Program-made: the position numbers and the translations under genes | Shown: positions 27,438 to 37,425 of the stretch, one piece after another | Layout of the letters: every line of letters begins with the position of its first letter | Position numbering within the stretch: the first letter of the stretch is position 1 | NCBI GenBank assembly: GCA_030614915.1 | Contig: JAUXAG010000011.1 | Coordinates: 26,516-90,515, forward strand | DNA length: 64,000 bases | DNA from: Actinomycetes bacterium | GTDB taxonomy: Bacteria > Planctomycetota > Phycisphaerae > JAACET01 | Direction of reading: 5' to 3' | The notes under the pieces: model-generated | Told to the model about the DNA's origin: nothing | Seen by the model: only the letters and a program-made list of their open reading frames with translations | Databases searched by the model: none

Positions 27438-30400
27438 ATGGCTATCCGTTTCAAATGCACCAAGTGCTCCCATTCCTTGCAGGTCCCCGACGAACATGCC
27501 GGGCGCAAGGCAAAGTGTCCAAACTGCGGCCAGATTCTCCCAATACCCGCACCCGCTCAGGCCCAACCCCCAGCAAAGCCCCCAATCAAGCCTGCAGTTC
27601 CTGCTGTGCCCAGTCCTCTCGGGCCCAGCACCGCCGGACCAATCCCCTCTCTGACTAAAAAGCAAAAGCCGGGCAAGGCCAAACCGAAGCGGCCTTCGAA
27701 GCAGACACAGCCCCCGAAGGACCAGGGCCGACCACCAGAGTTGCGCTCTGGGAAAAAAGCCGTTATCTTCGGCCTCATCCTCGTGGCTGTGTTGGTCTTG
27801 GTTGTAGTCGTTTGGCAGACGGATTGGTTCAGTTCCAAGAAGGAGCCTTCCAGGCCGCAGCCTCACACGACGCCCACGACCCCTGCCACGACCAGAGCCC
27901 CGATCGAGAAAAAGCCCGCCATTACCGCCGAGATACTCCGGGAGCAAACCGATCAGCTGGAGTTGCAGTTGGCCACTTTGGAGAAGCTTTTGGCCGTAGA
28001 GACGACTGTCCCAGGCCTGGACCAGGGCTTGGTTGGGGCCTTCAAGGCCCTTGACGAGTTCTCTCGCCAAATACAAGGTCAACCACTTGCCCGCACGAAT
28101 CTCAGCCTCTTGCTGAGCCAGAACAGAAAATGGTTGTATGAAAAAGTGCTCGACCGGGCCCAGACTTTGGTTGGCCAATACCGTTTTACCTCTGCCAAGA
28201 CGTTGCTGGAGCAGATCTTGCCTGCCGGGGCAGTCGCCGCAAAGCCTGACACTGGTCCCCCGACACCGGCAAGGTTCCCTCGAAGAGTCGCCAGGTCCTT
28301 GGGCGGTGCTGGCTGGCAGGGCGCTCAGCAGGCCTGCAGGGATTTTGCCAATGGCGAGTTGATCAAGCGTGGCCTGCAGGGAGAGATCTGCTTATGGCTC
28401 CGCGAGGAATCCGACGAATTTGGCCAAACCAGCATAATTCTCAGCCTGGACGCTCCATCCGAACCCTTGAGCTCATTCCGCCGCCAGAACCAATCCCCGC
28501 AAAAATTCCAGCAAAAATGGGCACCTGCCAGTGAGCATTTATCCTTTATTCGCCAACTCCAGAGCGGGGCTGAAGCTGAGTGGGACATACCCACTGCCGG
28601 TCTCATGTATGCCACGATTCGAGAGTTGGAAAGAAGGTGTATGACCTTTGAGACACCGGCCAAGGCCGATTCGGAACTGATGAAGCGCTTGGCCCGACGA
28701 AAAGCTGACTACAAAGTGCACCAGCAAATACTCGCCTTGATTGCCCGTTGTCGTTACGCCCAAGCCTTGCAGTTGGCCCAACGGCTGCTAAAGGATGACC
28801 CGGTAAATCCTGACAACTATCGCTGGCTCCTGCGCTGCTATCTCGAAAGCTACAATACCAAGCCGTTAATCATAGATGCAACTTTGCTATTACGCTATAC
28901 CCGGAAGATAGCTGAGCTGTGCAAGTATGACGTGCCCAACAATTTGTTGGCTCTGAATCTGGCCCCCAGTGCTCTGCCACAAGGACCCGGTGCTTCCGTG
29001 CACCGTGAATTCATCCACAATCGGACATCTCTATTGAAACGCCTCAACGAGTATGCCGGACGCTACAAACCGGTAATCGACTGGATGCAAGGCGAGAGTG
29101 TGGATTTGGTTCTGCGAGATTTTGAGTATAACCCTTTCCTCGCTGGCGAGCCCGTGGACTTACTGGATGCCCAGGGCCTGCTTTACACCCTGTATAGCCG
29201 GGGGGCACCGCCCGGCCGGGCTGCACTCATCTTGGTCAGGCTTCGGCCGGATCAACAGGAGCAGGGACTAAGTTTGCATATGCCCAATGGCCAGCGCTAC
29301 CGCTTGTGGAACATTTATCCGCCCGCTGACTCGTCCGATCTCGATGCCGGCTTATCTGCCAGCCTGCCAGAGCCGCTCATCAGACCCCTGCTGGACTTGA
29401 GCCGCATCAACCCTTCAGAGCTCACTGGGCAGACGACTATACCGGTAGTTAACAGTTTGACTATACTGCGATGCCAGCTGGACAACGGCCAAAGCCGTGG
29501 CGGTTGGAGACTGCGGATTCCCCGTGCTGCTGTGGACAGAGAACAACTCGGACCGAAAGAATCTCGCTCCACTCGCAGGGCAACCCCCTCGCGTGGCTTG
29601 CCCTATCTTGGCCCAGACAGACCCACCACTCGGCGGAGCTCTTCGCGTACCCCTGCCGCAGAGGCGGACAAATACATATGGATCAGCTTCCCTACTAGCG
29701 CTGCCGGCGGACGTAGAGCTACTGTTAGTAGAGCTACGGTTAATGGTCGGAATCAGCCTATAACTTGTCTGGTACGCAGCGGCCGGGGCAAAATTGCATA
29801 CTTTAGCGACGCCAAAGGTAACTACGTAATCGGCTTGGATGGCAAGCGCCTCTACGCCGAAAAAACTGAACTGCTTCGGACGCTTAACGAGGAAGGTCCC
29901 GACTGGTATCTCGCCCTGGATACCAAGGCCTATCCTCCTGAACTGCGGGAGAAGCTGGAAGAGTATGATCGATCCGCTGCCCAGGAGCGTTCCCCTGGCC
30001 GTCCCAGCTTCGGACCTGGAGCTATTCTCCCCGGTCCCGGCATCGGCCCGGTCCCCGGCAGGCCCAGAACTTCCCGACCCCCTCGCCGTGGGCCGTTCAC
30101 TGTGGCCCAAGCTGCATCCTGGCTGAGCGACTTGGCCGCTCAGCCATCGGCGCCGCTTGGGCGACGCAGCTTTGCCGGCAGAAGAGCTCGGACCACCGAT
30201 TCGGGTCCCGTTGTGGGCAGGTGGTTGAACTGGCAGGGAGCAATCATAGCTCAACTGGACGGACGCATCAGACAGTTGGGTCGCGATGATTTTGCCGAGC
30301 CGATGTTTTATTCTCCTCAGGCCGCGGACGATTTGCTCAACACCGCCGACACCTATTACCAGACCAGCCTGCAGGCTTGGCCGACCTTGGCCGGGGAAGT

Positions 30401-32075
30401 CTACAGACAGGCTAATAAGTCCAGGCTTTCTCGCCTGATGGGCCTCGACGCCTCCGCTTCGGCTCGCCGCTCGGCGCGGACCCAGCGACTGACGGGCATA
30501 GACATGGATAAGGTCTCTTTGCGTGCGGAGGCTCTTCTGGCTTCGGGCGATTCCAACCAGGCCATAGCTATATATGCTGACCTGATCGGGTTCTTATCGC
30601 TTCAGCTGCAGCAGGCTATAACTCAGGACCTGTTATCGACCGGCGAACGGCCATTACGCGGCACTGGCGGACCTTCGGATCAGCCCCAACCTGGCCTGTT
30701 TCCAGGGCAGGATCTGAGTTCATTGGTCGATCGGCGAGCCCGGCAGGCGATTGGAGCCGGCCCCGGCCCTGCACGAGACTGGCGAACGGGCCGGACAACA
30801 ACTCCGGACAGCCGAAGGTTCTCGCCCCAGGAGCAGTTCTTCGCCGACGCGGATTTGCTGCTTGAGTCCTGTGCTGGAAGGGCCGCTGCGCTGGAGCAGG
30901 CCGGTTTGCTCGCCCAGGCCCGACAGAGTCTTCGCCAGAGTTCGGGCCGAATCCGGGCTTACCTCTTGACCGAACTTACCGAGTTCATCGAACGCAGCCG
31001 AGCCCGGCAAACGCCCGTATCTCCACAGCTCAAGCAAATCAGGCAAAGGTGGCAGGCAATCTCCCAGGAAAAAATCGCTGCCGCTCTGAGCCGCACCTTA
31101 CAGGCCGCCCGGGGCCAAGCCATTACCGTGCCCTCGCCCTCGAGTTCGCAAGAACCCTCGGCTCCACCAGTTGTTTCGACAGAACCAAGCAAGCCTCCCA
31201 TGAGCCTGGCCGCCTGGTTGGACAGCGAGAATACCGACCTCTCGCCGCTGGAGCCTGAACGCTTGATGGTCGCCGCCCAGTTCAGTTGGATTCGCGACTC
31301 GATTGACCTTGACCAGACCGAGCCCTTAGCCCCTGCCCAGCGCGCCCAGCGAATAATCGAACTGGCCCAAGCATATCAGAGTGGTGCACCAGCCGAGGCT
31401 GCCACTGCCGAGGCCCTGTGGCAGTTGGGCTCGTTCATGGCTGCTATGGGCTACCAAGCTGAGGCTTGGGATTGCCTTGGCCAGGCTGGGGCCCTATATA
31501 GCCAATTAGCCCTGGCCCTTCTTCCTGAGGCTATCGAACCTCGGGGCCGCTCCGAGCTCAGCCAACAGCAGCACTACTACGCTTACCGTGCAGCCGCCCT
31601 GGCTGCCCTGGCTGAAGCTGCCGCCATCCCCGCGGATGAACCTGTCTCTGCAAAGTGTTCTGCGATGTTCGCCGCTGAGATTCGCGCCAAGCTCTTGCAG
31701 CTCCAAAGAGGTTGGTCCGGACTGGCCCTCGCTGAAGAACCGCCCGCGATATTGACCACTGCCGGCCATGCCTTGCGGATTGTGCAGGACTTGGCCGAAG
31801 CAAAGGCCTATGCCCAACCAAGGATGCGCTTCTGGTGGTGGTATTATCCGCCGGAACTTTCTCAACGACAGCTTTCCGCTCCAGGGCGAGGACCCGCACG
31901 TCCGCCCACAAGCTCACCCAGGTCCAGGGACTCTTCGCGGCGGCTCAAGCTTGAATACATCGAGACTCAACAGCAAACCACGCCTGGCCGGCGTTCCCAG
32001 CCCCGCCGCCCTGCTCCGACCGGGCCTATTGACCACATCCTGCCCCCAACCCCCGGTGGTAGGCTCGGATTGTAG
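27438..32075 (+). CDS. Giant (1546 aa) membrane-anchored protein with N-terminal MJ0042-type zinc ribbon, Pro-rich linker, single TM, and a large C-terminal region with no recognisable domains
   Basis: FKCTKCSHSLQVPDEHAGRKAKCPNCGQIL double CxxC is paralogous to the N-terminus of the 4173 gene. TM helix AVIFGLILVAVLVLVVVVW. The rest is low-complexity (Ala/Arg/Gln/Pro-rich). ORF-track start 27351 is a TTG inside the predicted promoter. Confidence 0.7.
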   Translation: MAIRFKCTKCSHSLQVPDEHAGRKAKCPNCGQILPIPAPAQAQPPAKPPIKPAVPAVPSPLGPSTAGPIPSLTKKQKPGKAKPKRPSKQTQPPKDQGRPPELRSGKKAVIFGLILVAVLVLVVVVWQTDWFSSKKEPSRPQPHTTPTTPATTRAPIEKKPAITAEILREQTDQLELQLATLEKLLAVETTVPGLDQGLVGAFKALDEFSRQIQGQPLARTNLSLLLSQNRKWLYEKVLDRAQTLVGQYRFTSAKTLLEQILPAGAVAAKPDTGPPTPARFPRRVARSLGGAGWQGAQQACRDFANGELIKRGLQGEICLWLREESDEFGQTSIILSLDAPSEPLSSFRRQNQSPQKFQQKWAPASEHLSFIRQLQSGAEAEWDIPTAGLMYATIRELERRCMTFETPAKADSELMKRLARRKADYKVHQQILALIARCRYAQALQLAQRLLKDDPVNPDNYRWLLRCYLESYNTKPLIIDATLLLRYTRKIAELCKYDVPNNLLALNLAPSALPQGPGASVHREFIHNRTSLLKRLNEYAGRYKPVIDWMQGESVDLVLRDFEYNPFLAGEPVDLLDAQGLLYTLYSRGAPPGRAALILVRLRPDQQEQGLSLHMPNGQRYRLWNIYPPADSSDLDAGLSASLPEPLIRPLLDLSRINPSELTGQTTIPVVNSLTILRCQLDNGQSRGGWRLRIPRAAVDREQLGPKESRSTRRATPSRGLPYLGPDRPTTRRSSSRTPAAEADKYIWISFPTSAAGGRRATVSRATVNGRNQPITCLVRSGRGKIAYFSDAKGNYVIGLDGKRLYAEKTELLRTLNEEGPDWYLALDTKAYPPELREKLEEYDRSAAQERSPGRPSFGPGAILPGPGIGPVPGRPRTSRPPRRGPFTVAQAASWLSDLAAQPSAPLGRRSFAGRRARTTDSGPVVGRWLNWQGAIIAQLDGRIRQLGRDDFAEPMFYSPQAADDLLNTADTYYQTSLQAWPTLAGEVYRQANKSRLSRLMGLDASASARRSARTQRLTGIDMDKVSLRAEALLASGDSNQAIAIYADLIGFLSLQLQQAITQDLLSTGERPLRGTGGPSDQPQPGLFPGQDLSSLVDRRARQAIGAGPGPARDWRTGRTTTPDSRRFSPQEQFFADADLLLESCAGRAAALEQAGLLAQARQSLRQSSGRIRAYLLTELTEFIERSRARQTPVSPQLKQIRQRWQAISQEKIAAALSRTLQAARGQAITVPSPSSSQEPSAPPVVSTEPSKPPMSLAAWLDSENTDLSPLEPERLMVAAQFSWIRDSIDLDQTEPLAPAQRAQRIIELAQAYQSGAPAEAATAEALWQLGSFMAAMGYQAEAWDCLGQAGALYSQLALALLPEAIEPRGRSELSQQQHYYAYRAAALAALAEAAAIPADEPVSAKCSAMFAAEIRAKLLQLQRGWSGLALAEEPPAILTTAGHALRIVQDLAEAKAYAQPRMRFWWWYYPPELSQRQLSAPGRGPARPPTSSPRSRDSSRRLKLEYIETQQQTTPGRRSQPRRPAPTGPIDHILPPTPGGRLGL

Positions 32076-32204
32076 TAATCCCCCGCTCAAAAGCCGCAAA
32101 TATCTTGTCCCGGCAATCTGTGGGCTGGATTATGCCTGCCCAAAGCAGTATTCTTATCTACCTTGATACAATCTCAGACACACGCCGAAGCTCGGAGTCT
32201 TGCC

Positions 32205-33080
32205 ATGGACCAAGCCATCGCCAAAGCTCAGGCCCTGATTGAGGCCTTGAATTACATCCGCAAGTTCCGCGGGCGAATCGTAGTGCTCAAGATCGGCGGA
32301 GCGGTAATGGATACCCCGGCCGCCTTGGATGGTCTCTTGGCCGACGTGGTCTTCATGGCTACGGTGGGTATGCAGCCCATCGTGGTCCACGGCGGGGGCA
32401 AGGCCATATCGGCGGCCATGGCCGAGGCCGGCCTGGAAGTCAACTTCGTCCAGGGCCAGCGATACACCGACGAGCGGGCCCTGAGCGTGGCTGAGCACGT
32501 CCTGGTCAACCAGATCAACGCCCATATCGTCCAGACCATCGTGCAGTCCGGAACCTCGGCCATTGGTATGCACTCGCTGGCCAGTTGCGTATTGCTGGCC
32601 GAGCGACTCTTTCTCGAAGGCGACCACGGCCAGCGCATCGACATCGGCCTGGTCGGCCAGGTTACCAACGTCCAGAGCCAGGTCCTTTGCGCCCTCTGTC
32701 AGGCCGGTACCATTCCGGTGATCGCCCCCATTGCTCGCGACCGCTCCGGTGGAAAGCTAAACATCAACGCCGACCTGGCAGCCGGAAAAGTTGCTGCCGC
32801 CGTCAAGGCCGAGAAGCTGGTCATGGTTTCCGACACTCACGGCGTGCGCACCGTCGCCGATGACCCCGATTCGCTCACCCCCAGCCTGACTGAGCAGCAG
32901 TTGCGCGACTTGGCCGATCGCGGCGTCATCTCCGCCGGAATGAAGCCCAAGGTCCAGGCCTGCCTGGATGCCCTCGACGCCGGCGTGGGCAAGGCCCACA
33001 TCATCGACGGCCGCCTGGACCATTCCTTGCTCCTGGAGATATACACCGACAAAGGCGTCGGCACGCAAATACTCAAGTAG
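32205..33080 (+). CDS. argB: Acetylglutamate kinase
   Basis: LIEALNYIRKFRGRIVVLKIGG amino-acid kinase N-terminal motif. Start at MDQAIAK preferred; the ORF-track start 32163 is also possible. Confidence 0.9.
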   Translation: MDQAIAKAQALIEALNYIRKFRGRIVVLKIGGAVMDTPAALDGLLADVVFMATVGMQPIVVHGGGKAISAAMAEAGLEVNFVQGQRYTDERALSVAEHVLVNQINAHIVQTIVQSGTSAIGMHSLASCVLLAERLFLEGDHGQRIDIGLVGQVTNVQSQVLCALCQAGTIPVIAPIARDRSGGKLNINADLAAGKVAAAVKAEKLVMVSDTHGVRTVADDPDSLTPSLTEQQLRDLADRGVISAGMKPKVQACLDALDAGVGKAHIIDGRLDHSLLLEIYTDKGVGTQILK

Positions 33081-33119
33081 TGGTCTTGACGCTCTAGTTT
33101 TTGGGAGTGAACCAGCACA

Positions 33120-34364
33120 GTGAAAGAAGAAAAAATAGATACCAAGAAGGTTATCAAACAATACGACAAGTATGTGATCGGCAACTACGGCCGATTGCCG
33201 TTGGTCCTCGTACGCGGCCAAGGCAGTTATGTCTGGGACGCCGACGGCAAGCGTTATCTGGACATGTTCCCCGGATGGGCGGTCAGCGGCCTGGGGCATT
33301 GTCCCGAGCCGGTGGTCGAGGCCATTCGCAAGCAGGCCGGCCAGCTGATCCACATGGACAACACCTTCTACACCGTCCCCCAGGGCCGCTTGGCTCGGCT
33401 GATCTCCAAAAAATCTTTTGGCGGCAAGTGTTTCTTCTGCAACAGCGGGGCCGAGGCCGTCGAGGCCGCCCTCAAACTAGCCCGCCTCTACACATCCGAA
33501 AACAAGTACCGCTATATCACCGCTCTGAACAGCTTTCATGGGCGGACCTTTGCAGCCGTTACAGCCACCGCTCAGCCAAAGTACCACGAGGGATTCTCTC
33601 CGCTCGTGCCCGGATTCAGCTATGTGCCCTTCAACGATGTGCCTGCCCTGGAAGAGGCCTTTGACGACGAAGTAGCCGCCGTCTTGATCGAGCCCATCCA
33701 GGGTGAAGGTGGCATCAATATCGCCAGTGATGAATTCCTGATCAAGGCCGCCGAGCTTTGCCGGCAACACAACGCCGTGCTCATCCTCGACGAGGTCCAA
33801 AGCGGTATGGGCCGAACCGGAAAATGGTTCGCATATCAGCACACCCCGATCGAGCCGGATATTATTACTATGGCCAAGTCCCTGGGCGGAGGCGTGGCTA
33901 TCGGCGGAATCTGTGCCAGCCCTCAGGTCGCCCAGGCTCTCAAACCCGGCACTCATGCCTCTACTTTTGGGGGCAACCCCTTGGCCGCCGCCGCTGCCGT
34001 GGCCGCCATAGAAATGATCGACAGCGAGGGCCTCTTAGCCCGGGCCGCCGAGTTGGGCCGACACATTATGAGCCGCCTGGCCGCCACCAAAGAGAAGTTC
34101 GATTGTATCAGCGATCTCCGCGGTCGTGGTCTGATGATCGGCATAGAACTGGACATCCCCGGAGCCGAGCTGGTCAGCGCCTGCCTCCAGAAAGGTCTGC
34201 GGATTAATTGCACTCACGAGACGGTCCTGCGTTTCATGCCACCCCTGACCGCCACCGAAGAGCAGATTGACCAGGCCCTGGATATCCTGGAAACTGTCAT
34301 GACCGAAAGCGTCCCGGCCATTCGTTCTGCCGCCGGCGCTGAGCCTTCTGCCGGAGCTGACTGA
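33120..34364 (+). CDS. argD: Acetylornithine aminotransferase (class III PLP aminotransferase)
   Basis: PLP-lysine context (DEVQSGMGRTGKWFA); follows argB; GTG start. Confidence 0.9.
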   Translation: MKEEKIDTKKVIKQYDKYVIGNYGRLPLVLVRGQGSYVWDADGKRYLDMFPGWAVSGLGHCPEPVVEAIRKQAGQLIHMDNTFYTVPQGRLARLISKKSFGGKCFFCNSGAEAVEAALKLARLYTSENKYRYITALNSFHGRTFAAVTATAQPKYHEGFSPLVPGFSYVPFNDVPALEEAFDDEVAAVLIEPIQGEGGINIASDEFLIKAAELCRQHNAVLILDEVQSGMGRTGKWFAYQHTPIEPDIITMAKSLGGGVAIGGICASPQVAQALKPGTHASTFGGNPLAAAAAVAAIEMIDSEGLLARAAELGRHIMSRLAATKEKFDCISDLRGRGLMIGIELDIPGAELVSACLQKGLRINCTHETVLRFMPPLTATEEQIDQALDILETVMTESVPAIRSAAGAEPSAGAD

Positions 34365-35104
34365 TGAGCCGACGGGACGCTCGCCGAGCCGACCAATTGC
34401 GTCCGACCAAAATTACTAGAGGCTTTACGGACTTGGCCCCCGGCTCGGTCTTGATTTGCCAGGGCAGAACCCGCGTTTTGTGTACTGCCTGCTGGGAGCC
34501 GGGCGTGCCCGAGTTCCTGCAGGGCAGCGGGCGAGGCTGGCTAACTGCCCAGTATGACATGCTGCCCTCGGCCACGCCCCAGCGCCGGCGGCGCAGCGGG
34601 CGCAGCGGCAAAATCGACGGACGAAGCCAGGAAATCCAAAGGCTCATCGGTCGAACCATGCGCTGCGTAGTTGATATGCCCCGCCTGGGAGAAAACACCG
34701 TCTGGCTGGACTGCGACGTACTCCAGGCCGACGGTGGCACACGAACTACAGCCATAACCGGAGCCTACGTCGCCTTGGCCGACGCCCTCTCCTGGGCTCG
34801 CCGCAACAAATTTCTGCTCGAAGATGCCTTGACCGTTGCCGTAGCTGCCGTTAGCGTGGGCATCGTTGGCGGCAAGGTTTTGATGGATCTGGACTATGCC
34901 GAGGATTCCGCCGCCCAGGTGGATATGAACATTGCCATGACCTCGGCTGGTGAGTTTGTCGAAGTGCAGGCCTCTGCCGAGGCCGCTGCCTTTAGCCGCG
35001 AGCAACTCGACAAGATGCTCCGCTCCGCAGCCAAGGGAATCCGCCGCTTGTTGGCTTCTCAGCAAACTGCTCTAGCTCAAAGGCTCAAGCGAAAAACCAA
35101 ATGA
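34364..35104 (+). CDS. rph: Ribonuclease PH
   Basis: RADQLRPTKITRGFTDLAPGSVLICQGRTRVLCTA N-terminal RNase PH signature; 246 aa. Its ATG overlaps the argD stop (ATGA). Confidence 0.9.
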   Translation: MSRRDARRADQLRPTKITRGFTDLAPGSVLICQGRTRVLCTACWEPGVPEFLQGSGRGWLTAQYDMLPSATPQRRRRSGRSGKIDGRSQEIQRLIGRTMRCVVDMPRLGENTVWLDCDVLQADGGTRTTAITGAYVALADALSWARRNKFLLEDALTVAVAAVSVGIVGGKVLMDLDYAEDSAAQVDMNIAMTSAGEFVEVQASAEAAAFSREQLDKMLRSAAKGIRRLLASQQTALAQRLKRKTK

Positions 35105-35979
35105 CTGATAAGACTAAATACTTCTCTAAACTTGTTCTAGTTGGCGTTAGCGCCTGTCTTTTGTTTGCAGTTGTCGGCTGCATCTTTGGAACTCCCGGTA
35201 GCCCCAGACCCTCTGCAGTTGTGCCGGGGCAAGTTCCAGGACCTCCCGATTGGGCCAACTTCACCATAAGCCTGCAAAGGGTTCAAGACATTACAGATCA
35301 GAGCCTGGCCGGGGCTCGCCAAAGTTTGCAGCGAATACGAAAGCAAACTGGCTGGCGGGATCTGCACGTCCTCCAAACCGATTATGCCAGCGTTGTTTGT
35401 CGGGGTTATTTCAGAAGTTTTACCGACAAGAAAGCCCAACGAATGCTGGATCAGATCCGCAGCTACAAAGACTCCCAGGGCCGCCAGCCCTTCCGGAAAG
35501 CCTCTTTTGCCGCACTGCCCCGCGAAAGAAAGCAGATAACCGCCGGGCCTCCCCAATGGGATCTTCGCCGGGCTCCAGGCAATGCCAGTTTGTGTATCGG
35601 TTTTTTCATTAACGATGAGCTCTGTAAGGATCGGCTGACCGCCGCCGTAAAAAAGGTCAAAGACTTGCGAAACCAGGGCATCGAGGCCTGGTACTACCAT
35701 GGCCAAGACCGTTCCGGCGTCTACGTTGGCCACTTCGATGCCGGCTGGGAGTTGGTCACCACCGGTAAAACAAGGGACGGGAACTTAATCAGGCGGCTGA
35801 AGTTCGTGACCCATGATCCTCAGTTCGCTATCCTGCGCAAGAAGTTTCCCAAGTATGAGGAAAACGGCCAGGTCCAGAGCTACATGGTCGGCAAAGGCCG
35901 GGTTTACGAGGCCTCCATGCTGGCAAGTATTCCAAGCTTCGGACAGGAAGTCACCGACGCGGAGGTTGGACTTCACTGA
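35101..35979 (+). CDS. Hypothetical lipoprotein
   Basis: Signal peptide with lipobox-like AVVGC; no recognised domain. Confidence 0.55.
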   Translation: MTDKTKYFSKLVLVGVSACLLFAVVGCIFGTPGSPRPSAVVPGQVPGPPDWANFTISLQRVQDITDQSLAGARQSLQRIRKQTGWRDLHVLQTDYASVVCRGYFRSFTDKKAQRMLDQIRSYKDSQGRQPFRKASFAALPRERKQITAGPPQWDLRRAPGNASLCIGFFINDELCKDRLTAAVKKVKDLRNQGIEAWYYHGQDRSGVYVGHFDAGWELVTTGKTRDGNLIRRLKFVTHDPQFAILRKKFPKYEENGQVQSYMVGKGRVYEASMLASIPSFGQEVTDAEVGLH

Positions 35980-36009
35980 AAGTTTCGGCCTGGCCGAACG
36001 GTATCGCTA

Positions 36010-36621
36010 TTGAAACAAGTGCCCAGAATACTCCTGGCTACTAAAAACCGCGGCAAGTTACGGGAGATCCAGGCGGAGTTGGCCGACCTGGCTCTTGAGT
36101 TCGTTTGCTTGGCCGACCTGGACCCTTTGCCCGGGGCCGTTGAATCCGGGCCAACCTTTGCCGACAACGCCGACCTCAAGGCCCTGCACTACTCGACGCT
36201 TACCGGCCTGTGGACCCTGGCCGACGATTCCGGCCTGGAGGTCGACGCCCTCGACTCTAGGCCCGGCATCTTCTCTGCCCGCTACGCCGGGCCCGATGCC
36301 GACGATGATCGTAATAATGCCAAACTCCTGGACGAGCTTACAGACGTTCCCGACGAAAAACGAAGCGCGAGGTTTCGATGTGCCATGAGCTTAGCTGTGG
36401 GGGGTGAGATTATCGCCCGCAGTGAGGGCACGATCGAGGGGCGAATCACTTTCAGCCTGCAGGGACAGAATGGCTTTGGTTATGACCCCTTGTTTTACGT
36501 GGCCGAAAAGGGCTGCACCACCGCCCAGATGCCGCCCGAGCAGAAAAACGCCATCAGCCATCGCGGCCAAGCCATCCGGGCCATGAAACAAATCTTACTT
36601 CAGGAGAAGTTTAGATCATGA
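36010..36621 (+). CDS. rdgB: dITP/XTP pyrophosphatase (Ham1/RdgB family)
   Basis: ILLATKNRGKLREI N-terminal motif and FGYDP motif. Confidence 0.85.
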   Translation: MKQVPRILLATKNRGKLREIQAELADLALEFVCLADLDPLPGAVESGPTFADNADLKALHYSTLTGLWTLADDSGLEVDALDSRPGIFSARYAGPDADDDRNNAKLLDELTDVPDEKRSARFRCAMSLAVGGEIIARSEGTIEGRITFSLQGQNGFGYDPLFYVAEKGCTTAQMPPEQKNAISHRGQAIRAMKQILLQEKFRS

Positions 36622-36941
36622 TTACCACTCTTGCTTCGATCCTAGCTGCCACTGACATCGGCTTTAGTATCTTCGAGTTCGGTATGTTGGCCTGCTTCGG
36701 ACTCTGTTGGCCGGTCTCCGTTTACACCTCCGTCAAGACCAAGAGGACCGAAGGCAAGAGCCTGCTTTTCATGCTCATCGTCTTTGTCGGATACATTTCT
36801 GGCGTCATACACAAGGTCTACTACAACTTTGATTTTGTTATTATTTTGTACATATCCAACCTGCTTCTTGTTTTGGTGGACATCGTGCTCTACTTAAAAT
36901 ACTCTCGCCGCATCGCCCCGCCACCAGCCACACTCAATTAG
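36618..36941 (+). CDS. Small 3-TM membrane protein, translationally coupled to rdgB (ATGA overlap)
   Basis: Hydrophobic helices; noticeably AT-richer than neighbours; no homolog recognised. Confidence 0.4.
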   Translation: MITTLASILAATDIGFSIFEFGMLACFGLCWPVSVYTSVKTKRTEGKSLLFMLIVFVGYISGVIHKVYYNFDFVIILYISNLLLVLVDIVLYLKYSRRIAPPPATLN

Positions 36942-36949
36942 CTTTTTCA

Positions 36950-37265
36950 GCGGATGCATTAGGGTTTCCGACCACAGGTCCCTACGGGAAGGACGCTACG
37001 CGTTATCCTTGCTGTCATCCCTGCGCAGGCAGGGATCCATCTTATATTTAGCCCCCAGGTTTATCCTGGGGGTTTCTTTAGTATTTAGCCCCCAGGTTCC
37101 GACCACAGGTCCCTACGGGAAGGACGCTACGCGTCACCTGGGGTCTCTTTGTTTAGCCCCCAGGTTCCGACCACAGGTCCCTACGGGAAGGACGCTACGC
37201 GTTACCTGGGGTCTCTTTGTTTAGCCCCCAGGTTTATCCTGGGGGTTTCTTTAGTATTTAGCCCC
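36950..37265. repeat. Repeat hotspot: alternating family C (about 70 bp) and family B palindromes, plus a family A hairpin
   Basis: ccgaccacaggtccctacgggaaggacgctacgcgt appears at 36966, 37098 and 37163. agcccccaggtttatcctgggggtttcttt appears at 37050 and 37221. gtcatccctgcgcaggcagggatcc is at 37013. Confidence 0.75.
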
Positions 37266-37273
37266 CGGTTTTA

Positions 37274-37350
37274 GGGCCCCCCAATCGAGGGTCCCATCCG
37301 CCCATAAATCGGCGGATGGGTGCCCGCGATATTTCGCGATTGGGGGGCCC
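37274..37350. repeat. 77-bp nested palindromic element: 14-bp perfect inverted termini GGGCCCCCCAATCG/CGATTGGGGGGCCC enclosing two internal hairpins
   Basis: gggccccccaatcg...cccatccgcccataaatcggcggatggg...cgcgatatttcgcg...cgattggggggccc is seen directly. Could be a MITE or a structured RNA. Confidence 0.45.
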
Positions 37351-37367
37351 ACCGGGGGTCTCTTTAT

Positions 37368-37425
37368 CTGTCATCCCCGCGCAGGCGGGCTTATCATCGC
37401 CTTAGCGATAATCCAGTTTTTCATG
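37368..37425. repeat. REP-like hairpin repeat, family A
   Basis: ctgtcatccccgcgcaggcgggcttatcatcgccttagcgataatccagttttt. Confidence 0.55.

Noticed and set aside
36950-37265. Possible CRISPR array (regularly spaced palindromic repeats)
   Set aside because: The spacers are themselves copies of another repeat family (B and C alternate). Repeat lengths are about 70 and 30 bp with variable spacing, and copies of the same modules are dispersed singly elsewhere. No cas genes. Interpreted as MITE/REP-like mosaic instead.
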